A stretch of 64,000 nt of DNA from Myxococcota bacterium (GTDB lineage: Bacteria; Myxococcota_A; UBA9042; PHBI01; JAWLBL01), in NCBI GenBank assembly GCA_041687695.1, contig JAWLBL010000008.1, forward strand, positions 96,001 through 160,000, in the 5' to 3' direction. Positions 22,732-34,849 of the stretch are shown here, piece after piece (within the stretch, counting starts at the first letter, position 1; each line of letters begins with the position of its first letter). The notes beneath the pieces were generated by a model. That model saw only the letters and a program-made list of their open reading frames with translations. It made no database searches and was not told where the DNA came from. Made by a program: the position numbers and the translations under genes.

Positions 22732-24417
22732 ATGACGGCCCCGACGCACGATCCGCGCCCGCCCGGCGCGTCCCTGCCGCCGCTCCGCGTGGCGCTGGTC
22801 CAGGACGACCCCACCGTGGGAGCCGTCGCCGACAACCGCGCCCGCATGCTCGCGCGCCTCGAGGAGGCCCGCGCCCTCGGCGCCCACCTCGTTGTCTTCC
22901 CCGAGCTGGCCACCCTCGGCTATCCCCCGCGCGACCTGCTCGACCTGCCGGACATCGTCGACGGCAACCTCGAGACGGTCCGGGCCCTCGCCCACGCCGC
23001 CGGTGACCTCGGCGTCCTCGTCGGCTACGTCGACCGCCGCGCGGCGCTCGCCGGGCTCCCCCTCGCCAACGTCGTCGGGCTGCTCACCCAGGGCCGCGTC
23101 GTCCACACCTGGGACAAGGCCCTGCTGCCCAACTACGACGTCTTCGACGAGGCCCGCTACTTCGAGCCCTCCACCGGGACGTCCGTCGCCACCTTCCGCG
23201 GCTGGCGCCTGGGCGTCAGCGTCTGCGAGGACCTGTGGGCCCTCGACCAGGACGCCCCCCGCGCCCGCTACGCCCGCAGCCCCATCGCCGAGCAGGCCGC
23301 CGCCGGCGTCGACCTCCTCGTCAACGTCAGCGCCAGCCCGTACGTCCTGGGCAAGCTCGCCTCGCGCCGCCGCCTCGCCCGCCGCGCGACCCAGCTCGCC
23401 CGCGCCCCCTTCCTGTACTGCAACCAGCTCGGCGCCAACGACGACCTCCTCTTCGACGGCGCCAGCTTCGGCCTCGACGCCGACGGCCGCCTGGTCCTGC
23501 AGCTGCCGGCCTTCCAGACCGGCCTCGCCCTCGTCACCCTCGGCGGCGCCCCCCAGCCCGAGGTCCCCGCCCCGGCCGAGGGCCTGCCCACCCTGCGCGA
23601 CGCCCTGGTCATGGGCATCCGCGACTACGTCCACAAGAGCGGCTTCCGCAGCGTCGTCCTGGGCCTGTCCGGCGGCATCGACAGCGCCGTCACCTGCGCC
23701 CTGGCCGTCCGCGCCCTCGGCCCGGACAACGTCCTGGGCGTCCTGATGCCCTCGCCGCACAGCTCGCGCCACAGCGTCGATGACGCCCTCGCCCTCGCCG
23801 CCAACCTGGGCATCCAGACGCACACCGTGCCCATCGGCCCGCTCATGCAGGGCTTCGACCAGGCGCTCGCGCCCATCTTCGGCGACCGCCCGCCGGGGCT
23901 CGCCGAAGAGAACCTGCAGGCCCGCATCCGCGGCACCCTCCTGATGGGTATCTCCAACAAGCTGGGCCACCTTCTGCTGACTACAGGCAACAAGAGCGAG
24001 CTGGCCGTCGGCTACTGCACGCTCTACGGCGACATGAACGGCGGCCTCGCCCCCCTGTCCGACCTGCCCAAGACGCTGGTCTACGCCCTGGCCCACCAGC
24101 TCAACGCCGACGGCCCGGTCATCCCGTCCAGCAGCATCGACAAGCCCCCCTCCGCCGAGCTGCGCCCGGACCAGACCGACCAGGACTCGCTGCCGCCCTA
24201 CGACGAGCTGGACGCGATCCTGCGCGCCTACGTCGAGGAGCACCGCCCCCAGCGCGACATCGCCTCCGACGGTCACGATCCGGCGCTGGTGGCGCGGGTG
24301 GTCGACATGATTCACCTGAGCGAGTACAAGCGCCGACAGGCCGCGCCAGGCCTGAAGATCACCCCCAAGGCTTTCGGCGTCGGACGCCGCTTCCCCATCG
24401 CCCACCGCTGGCGCTGA
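22732..24417 (+). CDS. nadE: Glutamine-dependent NAD+ synthetase
   Basis: Nitrilase domain (FPELATLGYPPRDL, KALLPNYDVFDEARYF, VCEDLW) plus GLSGGIDS, ENLQARIRG, TGNKSE, PSAEL, EYKRRQ. Confidence 0.95.
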   Translation: MTAPTHDPRPPGASLPPLRVALVQDDPTVGAVADNRARMLARLEEARALGAHLVVFPELATLGYPPRDLLDLPDIVDGNLETVRALAHAAGDLGVLVGYVDRRAALAGLPLANVVGLLTQGRVVHTWDKALLPNYDVFDEARYFEPSTGTSVATFRGWRLGVSVCEDLWALDQDAPRARYARSPIAEQAAAGVDLLVNVSASPYVLGKLASRRRLARRATQLARAPFLYCNQLGANDDLLFDGASFGLDADGRLVLQLPAFQTGLALVTLGGAPQPEVPAPAEGLPTLRDALVMGIRDYVHKSGFRSVVLGLSGGIDSAVTCALAVRALGPDNVLGVLMPSPHSSRHSVDDALALAANLGIQTHTVPIGPLMQGFDQALAPIFGDRPPGLAEENLQARIRGTLLMGISNKLGHLLLTTGNKSELAVGYCTLYGDMNGGLAPLSDLPKTLVYALAHQLNADGPVIPSSSIDKPPSAELRPDQTDQDSLPPYDELDAILRAYVEEHRPQRDIASDGHDPALVARVVDMIHLSEYKRRQAAPGLKITPKAFGVGRRFPIAHRWR

Positions 24418-24445
24418 CCCGCCATCCCAAGGACTCCCCGGCCCG

Positions 24446-25168
24446 ATGGACCGCCTCGTCCCAGCCCTCGTCGCGCCCCTGCGCCGCCTCGCGCGGCCGC
24501 TGCTGGCGCTCGCGCTGCTGGCCGGCGCCGTCGCGGCCCCCGCCCCGGCCGCCGCCTACGAGAGCGTGCGGGTCCGCTGGTACGAGTCCTACCGCGGCCT
24601 GTGGCTGGGCTTCCACGCGGGCGTCTCCTTCGGCAGCTCCGTCAGCGTGGACGACGCGACCCTGCCCGACTCCGACGCCACCGACCCGATGTTCGGCCTC
24701 GCGCTGCACTATCGCCTGCGGCGCTTCGACCTCGGCCTGGTCATCGACAACATCGGCGGCGGCGCCTTCCAGGGCTTCGACTCGGACCGGCCCGTCGGCG
24801 GCATGTCCCGCGTGGCGGCGATGCTGCGTTGGCGCTACCTCGACGAGCCCTGGGGCGGCCTGTACATGCGCCTGAGCCCGGGCTGGATGGCGCTGAGCCA
24901 CTCGGACCACATCCGCGCCGAGATCGCCAGGGCCGCCGGCCGCGACAACCCGAACCAGCTGTCCGATCTCGAGGGCATCGACACCTACAACAGCGCCTTC
25001 ACGCTGGGCATCGACTTCGGCGTCCTCATCCACCTGTGGGAGGGCGTCGCCGCCTTCGCCGAGCTCGAGACCGTCACCGCCTCGACCACCCTGCGCGTCG
25101 ACGGCCAGGACATCGACTACAACCTGGTCGTGCCCATCTTCGCCCTGGGGATCGAGACCCGCCTGTGA
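24446..25168 (+). CDS. Putative outer-membrane beta-barrel protein
   Basis: Signal peptide (…APAAA/YES), amphipathic beta strands, C-terminal LGIETRL. Confidence 0.65.
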   Translation: MDRLVPALVAPLRRLARPLLALALLAGAVAAPAPAAAYESVRVRWYESYRGLWLGFHAGVSFGSSVSVDDATLPDSDATDPMFGLALHYRLRRFDLGLVIDNIGGGAFQGFDSDRPVGGMSRVAAMLRWRYLDEPWGGLYMRLSPGWMALSHSDHIRAEIARAAGRDNPNQLSDLEGIDTYNSAFTLGIDFGVLIHLWEGVAAFAELETVTASTTLRVDGQDIDYNLVVPIFALGIETRL

Positions 25169-26199
25169 CGCCGCCGTCCGCTGACGCCGCCCCCGAGGGC
25201 GAGGCCGCGCTCGACCTGTCGATCGTCGTCCCGCTGCTCGACGAGGCCGAGAGCCTCCCGCACCTGCACGAGGCCATCCAGCGGGCCCTCGACGACCCCT
25301 CGGCCGGCGCGCTCACCTACGAGGTCCTGTACTGCGACGACGGCTCGACCGACGGCTCGCTCGAGGTCCTGCGCCAGCTGGCCGCGGCCGACCCGCGCGT
25401 CCGCGTCATCAGCCTGCGCCGCAACTTCGGCCAGACCGCCGCCATGGCCGCCGGCTTCCGCCACGCCCGCGGCGCGGTCATCGTCCCGATGGACGCCGAC
25501 CTCCAGAACGACCCGCGCGACATCCCGCGCCTGTTCGCCAAGCTGGCCGAGGGCTACGACGTCGTCAGCGGCTGGCGCAAGGATCGCAAGGACCCCTTCT
25601 GGACGGTCACCCTGCCCAGCCGCATCGGCAACGCCGTCATCGGCCGCGTCACCGGCCTGCGCCTGCACGACTACGGCTGCACCCTGACCGCCTATCGCCG
25701 CGAGATCCTCCAGGACGTGCAGCTGTACGGCGAGATGCACCGCTTCATCCCCGCCTGGGCGGCCTCGGTCGGCGGCCGCGTCGCCGAGCTGCCGGTCACC
25801 CACCACGCCCGCCGCTTCGGCCGCAGCAAGTACGGCCTGTCCAAGACCATCCGCGTCCTGCTGGATCTGATGACGGTCCGCTTCCTGATGACCTACGCGA
25901 CCAAGCCCCTGTACTTCTTCGGGCGCCTGGGCCTCGGCTTCTTCGCGTTGGCCGCCCTGTCCTGGGGCTGGACCGTCACCAAGAAGCTCATCTGGAACGA
26001 GCCCCTGTACACCGACCCCTTCTTCCTCGCCGGCATCTTCCTCGCCCTCGCGGGCCTGCAGATCACCCTGTTCGGGCTGCTCAGCGAGGTCATCATGCGC
26101 ACCTACTACGAGTCGCAGGGCAAGCCGACCTACATCATCAAGGAGACGCTGAACCTGCCCGACGAGCCGCCCCAGCGGCTCAAGCACCGCGTAGGCTGA
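25165..26199 (+). CDS. Glycosyltransferase family 2 (ArnC/DPM-synthase-like) with two C-terminal TMs
   Basis: LSIVVP, DDGSTDGS, RNFGQTAA, MDADLQNDP, LYGEMHRFIP, GRSKYG. Confidence 0.92.
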   Translation: MTPPSADAAPEGEAALDLSIVVPLLDEAESLPHLHEAIQRALDDPSAGALTYEVLYCDDGSTDGSLEVLRQLAAADPRVRVISLRRNFGQTAAMAAGFRHARGAVIVPMDADLQNDPRDIPRLFAKLAEGYDVVSGWRKDRKDPFWTVTLPSRIGNAVIGRVTGLRLHDYGCTLTAYRREILQDVQLYGEMHRFIPAWAASVGGRVAELPVTHHARRFGRSKYGLSKTIRVLLDLMTVRFLMTYATKPLYFFGRLGLGFFALAALSWGWTVTKKLIWNEPLYTDPFFLAGIFLALAGLQITLFGLLSEVIMRTYYESQGKPTYIIKETLNLPDEPPQRLKHRVG

Positions 26200-26206
26200 C
26201 CCGGGC

Positions 26207-28155
<1,949 letters not shown>

Positions 28156-28159
<4 letters not shown>

Positions 28160-29094
28160 CCGACCCCCTGAACCCCGACGGCCGCGACCTCCGGATCGGC
28201 ATCGACCTCGGCGGCACCCGCATCAAGGCCGGCCTCGTCGACCCGACGGGCCGCATCCTGGATCGCGTCGTGGTGGACGTCGGCCAGCAGACCAGCATGG
28301 AGGACATCACCGAGCGCCTCGTGCGCCTGGTCGAGCTGCTCGCGCGCGACGGCACCGTCGGCGTGGGCGTCGCGGCGGCCGGCGTGATGGACCGGCGCTC
28401 GGGCGTCATCCGAGAGAGCCCGAACTTCCCGGCCTGGCGCGACTTCGACCTCGCCGGCCGGGTCGCCGCGAGCAGCGGCCTGCCGGTGCTGCTCGAGAAC
28501 GACGCCAACGCGGTGGTCTTCGGCGAGGCGATGGGCGGCGCCGGGCGCGGCGTGCGCGATCTGGTCGGGCTGACCCTGGGCACCGGCGTCGGCGGCGGCC
28601 TGGTGCTCGGCGGGCAGCTCTACCGGGGCGCGCGCGGGATGGCGGGCGAGCTGGGCCACGTCACGGTCGAGCCCGAGGGCCGCCCCTGCGCCTGCAACAA
28701 CCGCGGCTGCCTCGAGCAGTACGTCGGGCAGGTCGGCCTGCGCCGCACCCTGGCCGAGACGGGCGGTTCCCTGGCCAGCCTGGCCGACGACGCCGACGCG
28801 CCGCGCAAGCTCGCCCACGCCGCGCAGGCGGGCGACGAGCGCGCCCTGGCGATCTGGCGGCAGCTCGGCCGCTACCTGGGGCAGGCCATCGCGACCTTCG
28901 TGCACGTGCTCGACGTGCAGCTCATCCTCCTGTGCGGCGGCATCGCGCACTCGGCCGACCTCTTCCTGCCGGCGCTCGACGACGAGTTCACGCAGCGCAC
29001 CTTCACCAGCATGCGCGAGGGCGTGGTCATCCGCGCGGGCGTCCTGGGCGAGGACGCCGGCATCGTGGGAGCGGCCTTCAGCGCGACGGCCTGA
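28156..29094 (+). CDS. ROK family sugar kinase (glucokinase-like)
   Basis: IGIDLGGT, ENDANA, TLGTGVGGG, AGELGH, CACNNRGCLE, AGIVGAA. Confidence 0.92.
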
Positions 29095-29167
29095 CGATTC
29101 CGGTCTGCGGGTGCTGACAGGCGGCGCGGCCGTTTGTTAGCTTCCGCCGCCTGGAGGTCGTCACATC

Positions 29168-30544
29168 ATGATGAAAGGCGCCGTCGCCAACGTGATCCAG
29201 GCGGTGGGCAATACGCCCATCGTCAAGCTGAACTCGGTCTCCGCCCATGTGAAGGCGGACGTCTACGTCAAGCTCGAGTACCTGAACCCGGGCGGCAGCG
29301 TGAAGGATCGCCCGGCGATCAAGATCATCGAGGACGCCGAGCGGGACGGGCGCCTCAAGCCGGGCGGCACCATCGTCGAGGCGACCAGCGGCAACACGGG
29401 CATGGGCCTGGCCATGGTCGCCGCGGTGCGGGGCTACAAGACGATCTTCGTCATGCCCGACAAGATGAGCGAGGAGAAGATCGCCGCGCTGCGCGCCTTC
29501 GGGGCCCGCGTCGTGGTCACGCCGACCAACGTGGCGCCCGACGACCCGCGCAGCTACTACGTGGTCGCGCGGCGCCTCGCGGACGAGACGCCCGGCGCCA
29601 TCCTGGCCAACCAGTACCACAACCAGTCGAACCCGCGGGCGCACGAGCTGTCGACCGGGCCCGAGATCTGGGAGCAGACGGGCGGCGAGATCGACGTGCT
29701 GGTCGTGCCGATGGGCACCGGCGGCACCATCACGGGCACCGGCCGCTACCTCAAGGCGCAGAAGCCGTCCATCAAGGTGGTCGGCGTCGACCCCGTCGGC
29801 AGCGTCTACTACGACTACTTCCGGACCGGGCGCATGACGCGCGCGCACTCCTACCGGGTCGAGGGCTTCGGAGAGGACTTCCTGCCCTCGACGATGGACT
29901 TCGAGGTGGTCGACGACGTCATCCGCGTGTCGGACAAGGACTGCTTCCAGTGGACGCGGCGCCTGGTCCGCGAGGAGGGCCTCTACACGGGCGGCTCGGC
30001 CGGCGGCACGGTGGCGGCGGCGGTGCGGTACGCCGAGCGCACGGGCAAGGCCGAGAACATCATGTGCATCCTGCCCGACAGCGCGGCCCGCTACCTGTCC
30101 AAGATCTTCAACGACACCTGGATGCGAGAGGGCGGCTACCTCGACCCGGACATCGGCGAGGAGACGGTGGCCGATCTGCTCGGCCGGCAGCAGGGCAAGC
30201 TGGTGCAGGCGCGGCCGGGCGACACCTTCGAGTCGGTCATCGCGCGCATGAAGGAGCACGGCATCAGCCAGCTGCCCGTCATCGCCGACGGCAAGATGGT
30301 CGGGCTCATCGGCGAGGTGGATCTCCTCAAGGCGCTGCTCGAAAAGCGCGCCCAGAGCACGACCACGATCGACGACTACCTCGACAACAACTTCGCGCTG
30401 GTCGAGGCCCACAACCGCACCGGGCTGCTCAGCCAGCTCTTCGCCCAGGGCAAGGTGGTGGTGGTCGAGGACGGCGGGCGGGTCGTCGGCATCCTGACCA
30501 ACATCGACTTCATCGACTGGATCTCCAGCCGCCTCGTGCGATGA
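29168..30544 (+). CDS. Cystathionine beta-synthase (PLP enzyme with C-terminal CBS domains)
   Basis: GNTPIV, KLEYLNPGGSVKDR, EATSGNTG, GTGGT, YLSKIFND, GISQLPV. Confidence 0.92.
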   Translation: MMKGAVANVIQAVGNTPIVKLNSVSAHVKADVYVKLEYLNPGGSVKDRPAIKIIEDAERDGRLKPGGTIVEATSGNTGMGLAMVAAVRGYKTIFVMPDKMSEEKIAALRAFGARVVVTPTNVAPDDPRSYYVVARRLADETPGAILANQYHNQSNPRAHELSTGPEIWEQTGGEIDVLVVPMGTGGTITGTGRYLKAQKPSIKVVGVDPVGSVYYDYFRTGRMTRAHSYRVEGFGEDFLPSTMDFEVVDDVIRVSDKDCFQWTRRLVREEGLYTGGSAGGTVAAAVRYAERTGKAENIMCILPDSAARYLSKIFNDTWMREGGYLDPDIGEETVADLLGRQQGKLVQARPGDTFESVIARMKEHGISQLPVIADGKMVGLIGEVDLLKALLEKRAQSTTTIDDYLDNNFALVEAHNRTGLLSQLFAQGKVVVVEDGGRVVGILTNIDFIDWISSRLVR

Positions 30545-31407
30545 GCGCGCCGGTGGGGACGAGCGGCTCGGGAGGCGGTGACGCGACGCAGCGGCGCCGC
30601 CTCTTCGTGCTGTCCGACTCGACGGCCGAGACGGCGGACCGCGTCCTGCGGGCGGCGCTCATCCAGTTCCAGGGCGTCGAGGCCGACGTGCGCATCTTCA
30701 GCATGGTGCGCCGCGACGAGGACCTCGACGCCATCGTGCGCGCGGCGGCCGCCGAGGACGCGCTGGTCGTCTACACGCTGGTCAACCCCGACCAGCGCCA
30801 ACGCATCGCCGAGCAGGCCCTCGAGCACGGCGTCGCGACGGTGGACATCATCGGCCAGCTGATGACCCGCCTGACCTCGTTCTTCGGCGAGGCGCCCGTA
30901 GGCCGCCCCGGGCACGGGCGGCTGACCGACGAGTACTTCCGCCGCATCGAGGCGGTCGAGTTCTCGGTGCAGCACGACGACGGCAAGGGCCCCTCGGGCC
31001 TGCGCGAGGCGGACATCGTGCTGGTCGGGCTGTCGCGCACCAGCAAGACCCCGCTGTCGACCTATCTCGCGCAAAAGGGCTGGAAGGTCGCCAACGTGCC
31101 CGTGGTGCTGGGGCTGCCGCTGCCGCGCGACCTCGACACCATCCAGCAGACGCGCATCTACGGCCTGACCATCGACGTCGCCAGCCTGATGCGCATCCGG
31201 CGCGCGCGCCTCAAGGCCCTGAACATGCCGGTCGACACCGACTACGCGCGGCGCGACCACATCCTGCGCGAGCTCGAGTACGCGCGCAGCATCTTCGAGG
31301 CCCACCCGGTGTGGCCGGTCATCGACGTGTCGCAGAAGGCCATCGAGGAGACCGCGTCCATCGTCCTGCGGCTGATGGAGGAGCGACGGCGTCAAGGGCT
31401 CGTTTGA
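30541..31407 (+). CDS. PEP synthase/PPDK regulatory protein (kinase-pyrophosphorylase, DUF299)
   Basis: LSDSTAETA, YFRRIEAVEF, HDDG, ADIVLVGLSRTSKTPLSTYLA, KAIEETA. Confidence 0.92.
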   Translation: MSAPVGTSGSGGGDATQRRRLFVLSDSTAETADRVLRAALIQFQGVEADVRIFSMVRRDEDLDAIVRAAAAEDALVVYTLVNPDQRQRIAEQALEHGVATVDIIGQLMTRLTSFFGEAPVGRPGHGRLTDEYFRRIEAVEFSVQHDDGKGPSGLREADIVLVGLSRTSKTPLSTYLAQKGWKVANVPVVLGLPLPRDLDTIQQTRIYGLTIDVASLMRIRRARLKALNMPVDTDYARRDHILRELEYARSIFEAHPVWPVIDVSQKAIEETASIVLRLMEERRRQGLV

Positions 31408-31479
31408 TTCCGGGGCCTTCGCGCGTGCAGCATGCGTGCGGTGCGAGACGGCGCACGCAGGACGGCGTCGCGACATGGA

Positions 31480-31507
31480 TTGACACGACCCGCGCGCCGC
31501 CTACACT
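31480..31507 (+). promoter_or_regulatory. sigma70-like promoter upstream of the lipoprotein triplet
   Basis: TTGACA-16 nt-TACACT. Confidence 0.55.
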
Positions 31508-31703
31508 AGCGAGCCGACGGTCCGGGCCAATCTCACGGCTGGGGCCGCCGCCGGACGCCTCGCTCCGGCCCTGCACACACCCAACGCATTGAAATGATTG
31601 ATGCCGCTTCTGTTGCAAGCGGCCGCGAGGTTCGGCTCCCAGCGACGACCCCCGTCGCGAGGACCCGTGACCTCTCATCCCGACTCCCCTGGAGGCATCT
31701 GGC

Positions 31704-32393
31704 ATGCGCAAGTTGTTCAAGCACCTGCTCGTCGTTGGCGTCCTCGCGGTCCCGCTCGCGGCCTGCGAGCTCGAAGGCGGCGAGGTCGACGACGACACCT
31801 TCACCGACACCCAGGACGACCAGGGCAACAACACCGACGAGGTCGAGGACGACACCACCGGTCCGACCGGCCCGACCGCGGTCTACCTCGAGGACCTGGT
31901 GTGGGACGGCAAGTGCCGCTCGTCCTCCAACTCGAACGGCCCCGACATCGACGCGGTCGAGCTGCAGCTGGCCGACCTCCAGAGCTCGGTCTACCTCGAC
32001 ACCGTCGTGGGCGACGTGCCCGAGAAGGCCGGTGAGCAGCTCGCCGTGGCCAACCCGGCGACCTGCGACAACAACTTCAAGAACATCCAGGCGGCCAAGG
32101 GCGCGCCCGACGCGACCAAGCTGGTCCCGGCCAAGGACACGCAGTTCGTCTCGCTCCACGGCGGCTGGATCGCCGGTGAGTTCGAGAACCAGACGTTCAT
32201 CGCCGTCGGCGACACCATCGTCGTCCACGAGGTCGGCACCAACTTCGGTGGCAACGCCAACTCGGACGAGATGGTCGGCCTGTACGTCATGACCGATCTG
32301 GGCTGCGCCGGCCCGACCGACACCACCTGCGCCTTCAAGGTGGGCGAGGGCGCGGGCGTCGCGAACTTCGACATCACGACCCTGCCGTTCTGA
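31704..32393 (+). CDS. Acidic Cys-containing lipoprotein, paralog 1
   Basis: GGAGG RBS; lipobox LAAC; GPDIDAVEL, FVSLHGGW, VVHEVG, CAGP..C.FKVGEG. Confidence 0.85.
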   Translation: MRKLFKHLLVVGVLAVPLAACELEGGEVDDDTFTDTQDDQGNNTDEVEDDTTGPTGPTAVYLEDLVWDGKCRSSSNSNGPDIDAVELQLADLQSSVYLDTVVGDVPEKAGEQLAVANPATCDNNFKNIQAAKGAPDATKLVPAKDTQFVSLHGGWIAGEFENQTFIAVGDTIVVHEVGTNFGGNANSDEMVGLYVMTDLGCAGPTDTTCAFKVGEGAGVANFDITTLPF

Positions 32394-32412
32394 TCCCGAG
32401 CTTCGGTTCACC

Positions 32413-32451
32413 CGAGAGCCCGCCCCACCCCGGGGTGGGCTCTCGTCGTTT
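32413..32451 (+). terminator. Intrinsic terminator-like hairpin
   Basis: CGAGAGCCCGCCCC/GGGGTGGGCTCTCG stem followed by TCGTTT, just after the paralog 1 stop. Confidence 0.65.
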
Positions 32452-32561
32452 CAGGGATTGAATGCCCGCTGCCGGACGCCGTCTGCAGGGGGGCCGTCGC
32501 CTCTCCGCCCCGTCGGCGGGCGCAAGCGACCGGTTCCGAAGCCCTTCATGGAGGCCCTGGC

Positions 32562-33263
32562 ATGCGCACCCCGTTCAAGCAGCTCCTCGTCGCGAGCATC
32601 CTCGCCGTCCCGGTCGCGGCCTGCGACCTCGAGCCCTTCCCCCAGGACGACGCCGGCAACACCGACACGCTGGACGACGCCGGCGGCCACACCGACAAGA
32701 GCGACGTCACCGACCCGCCCGACGAGCAGACCCCGTCCGGCCCGACCGCCGTGTTCATCCAGGACATGGCCTTCGACGGCAAGTGCCGCTCGGACTCGAA
32801 CTCCAACGGCGCGGACATCGACGCGGTCGAGCTGCAGCTGAGCGACCTGCAGCAGTCGGTCTACCTCGACACGGTCATCGGCGACGTGCCCGCCAACGCC
32901 GGGACGAAGCTGGCCGTCGCCAACCCGCCGACCTGCGACAACAACTTCAAGAACATCCAGGCGGCCAAGGGCGCGCCCGACGCGACCAAGCTGGTCCCGA
33001 CCAAGGACACGCAGTTCGTGTCGCTCCACGGCGGCTGGATCGCGGGCGAGTTCACCGGCCAGGTCTACGTCGCCGCCGGTGACACGATCGTCGTCCACGA
33101 GGTCGGCAGCAACATGGGCGGCAAGGACAGCTCGGACGAGAAGGTCGGTCTGTACGTCATGACCGATCTCGGCTGCGCCGGTCCGACTGACAGCACCTGC
33201 GCCGTCAAGGTCGGCGAGGGCGCGGGCGTCGCGACCTTCGACGTCCCGACCCTGCCGTTCTGA
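32562..33263 (+). CDS. Acidic Cys-containing lipoprotein, paralog 2
   Basis: GGAGG RBS; lipobox VAAC; near-identical core to paralog 1. Confidence 0.85.
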   Translation: MRTPFKQLLVASILAVPVAACDLEPFPQDDAGNTDTLDDAGGHTDKSDVTDPPDEQTPSGPTAVFIQDMAFDGKCRSDSNSNGADIDAVELQLSDLQQSVYLDTVIGDVPANAGTKLAVANPPTCDNNFKNIQAAKGAPDATKLVPTKDTQFVSLHGGWIAGEFTGQVYVAAGDTIVVHEVGSNMGGKDSSDEKVGLYVMTDLGCAGPTDSTCAVKVGEGAGVATFDVPTLPF

Positions 33264-33286
33264 CCCGACGGACCCGCGCGCTCACG

Positions 33287-33316
33287 AGGCCCGCTCCGCG
33301 CCCGCGGGGCGGGCCT
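33287..33316 (+). terminator. GC-rich hairpin after paralog 2
   Basis: AGGCCCGCTCCGC/GCGGGGCGGGCCT stem; weak U tract. Confidence 0.45.
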
Positions 33317-33375
33317 TCGCGCACCGGATCCCCTGTGCTAGCTTCGACGCCTCTGCACACTGCTGGGGCAGGTCC

Positions 33376-34026
33376 ATGCGTCGTTTGCTTGCTCGTTGCG
33401 CCATCGTCGCCGCCGGGGCCCTCGGGGGCTGTGACTCCGACCCGGCCGGCTCCGTCGACGCTCGCGCGGACGCCTTCGCGGACGCCGTCGACACCCACGA
33501 GGCCGCGCCCGCCATGCACGCCGTGGTGATCCAGGACCTCTGGGACGGTTACTGCGCAGGTCCCGGCCGCTCGCGCGGCGCCGACATCGACGCGGTGGAG
33601 CTGGTGCCCGGCGGCGCTGGAGCTTCCGTGTTCCTGGGCGAGGTCGTGGGCGAGGTCCCCGCCTCGACGTCGCCGACCCCTCCGTCCACGGACCCGTGCC
33701 TCAACGACTACGACCAGCTGGACGCTGCGCTCGGTCCGCCGGACGCGACCACGCTGTTCCCCGACGCCGACACGCAGTTCGTCTCGTTGCACGGCGGATG
33801 GCTCGCCGGAATCTTCCAAGGCGCGCCGCGCATCGAGGTGGGCGATCGCCTCGTCGTGCACGAGGTCGGCCGGAACGTGGGGGGTAACGCGGACAGCGAC
33901 GAGCCGTTCGCGCTGCTCCTGATGACCGACCTCGACTGCGCCGGCCCGAGCGACGCCAGCTGCTCGTTCAAGGTGGGAGAGGGGTACGGCGTCGCGTCCT
34001 TCGACCTCGAGGCGATGCCCTTCTGA
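33376..34026 (+). CDS. Acidic Cys-containing lipoprotein, paralog 3 (more divergent)
   Basis: Lipobox LGGC; GADIDAVEL, TQFVSLHGGW, VVHEVG, CAGPSDASCSFKVGEG. Confidence 0.82.
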   Translation: MRRLLARCAIVAAGALGGCDSDPAGSVDARADAFADAVDTHEAAPAMHAVVIQDLWDGYCAGPGRSRGADIDAVELVPGGAGASVFLGEVVGEVPASTSPTPPSTDPCLNDYDQLDAALGPPDATTLFPDADTQFVSLHGGWLAGIFQGAPRIEVGDRLVVHEVGRNVGGNADSDEPFALLLMTDLDCAGPSDASCSFKVGEGYGVASFDLEAMPF

Positions 34027-34117
34027 CGGCGGAACGTGATACGCAGGGCAGGGCGCTCCGTCTCTACCGAGCACCCCTTCTCGTCAGGTCGTCCGTTCCG
34101 GTCCAGGAGTCCCTCCC

Positions 34118-34846
34118 ATGAAGCGCGTCCTCCAGCGACTCGTGCTGCTCGTCGCCCCGCTCGGGCTCGGGGCGATCGCCCTCACGGCGTCGGCCCAGCA
34201 GGTGCCCCAGGTCGAACGCAAGTCGGTCGACACGCCGGCGGACGCGGTGCGGCGCTCGGACAACGCGGCCGCCCGCAGCGACGCGCGCCCGGCCACCTAC
34301 GGCGGCGGCCTGTTCCTGGTCGACGAGCCCGAGAGCGACCTCGAGGAGCCGCTGCCCCTGGGGACCGAGGAGTCGTTCCAGCGCCGCGGCTACGAGATCG
34401 TGCGCGACGGCAACCGGGTCGAGCTGGTCGTCGATCCCCAGGGCCAGATCTACACGGACCGGAACTACCAGGGCGTCATCCCCGAGGTGCGTCCGTTCCA
34501 GCTCCCGCAGCGCATGCAGCGCGCCCGCGGCAGCATCGTCTCGTGGGTGGGCTTTCAGCCGATGGTCAACGTCAGCCGCGTCTTCTGGCAGCTGACCGAC
34601 ACGACCGTGCCCTTCGAAATCACGCGCGTCGACGACCGGACCCTGCACGTCTTCTTCCCCAACACGCGCCCCGATCGCCAAAACGAGCTGCGCCCGATGG
34701 TCATGTCGGCCTTCGAGTCGGCCGTCGCCAGCATCGAAGGCCAGCGCGTCCGCGGCGGCCTGCGCTACGTCGTGCGCCTCAAGCGCGCCGTGAACTACCT
34801 CTACCGCATCGACCCGCCGTTCCTGCTGCTGGACTTCGAGCGCTAG
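34118..34846 (+). CDS. Secreted protein with a probable AMIN-like domain
   Basis: AGGAG RBS; signal peptide; WVGFQ...SRVFWQL, LHVFFPN, YVVRLK. Confidence 0.65.
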   Translation: MKRVLQRLVLLVAPLGLGAIALTASAQQVPQVERKSVDTPADAVRRSDNAAARSDARPATYGGGLFLVDEPESDLEEPLPLGTEESFQRRGYEIVRDGNRVELVVDPQGQIYTDRNYQGVIPEVRPFQLPQRMQRARGSIVSWVGFQPMVNVSRVFWQLTDTTVPFEITRVDDRTLHVFFPNTRPDRQNELRPMVMSAFESAVASIEGQRVRGGLRYVVRLKRAVNYLYRIDPPFLLLDFER

Positions 34847-34849
34847 CGC

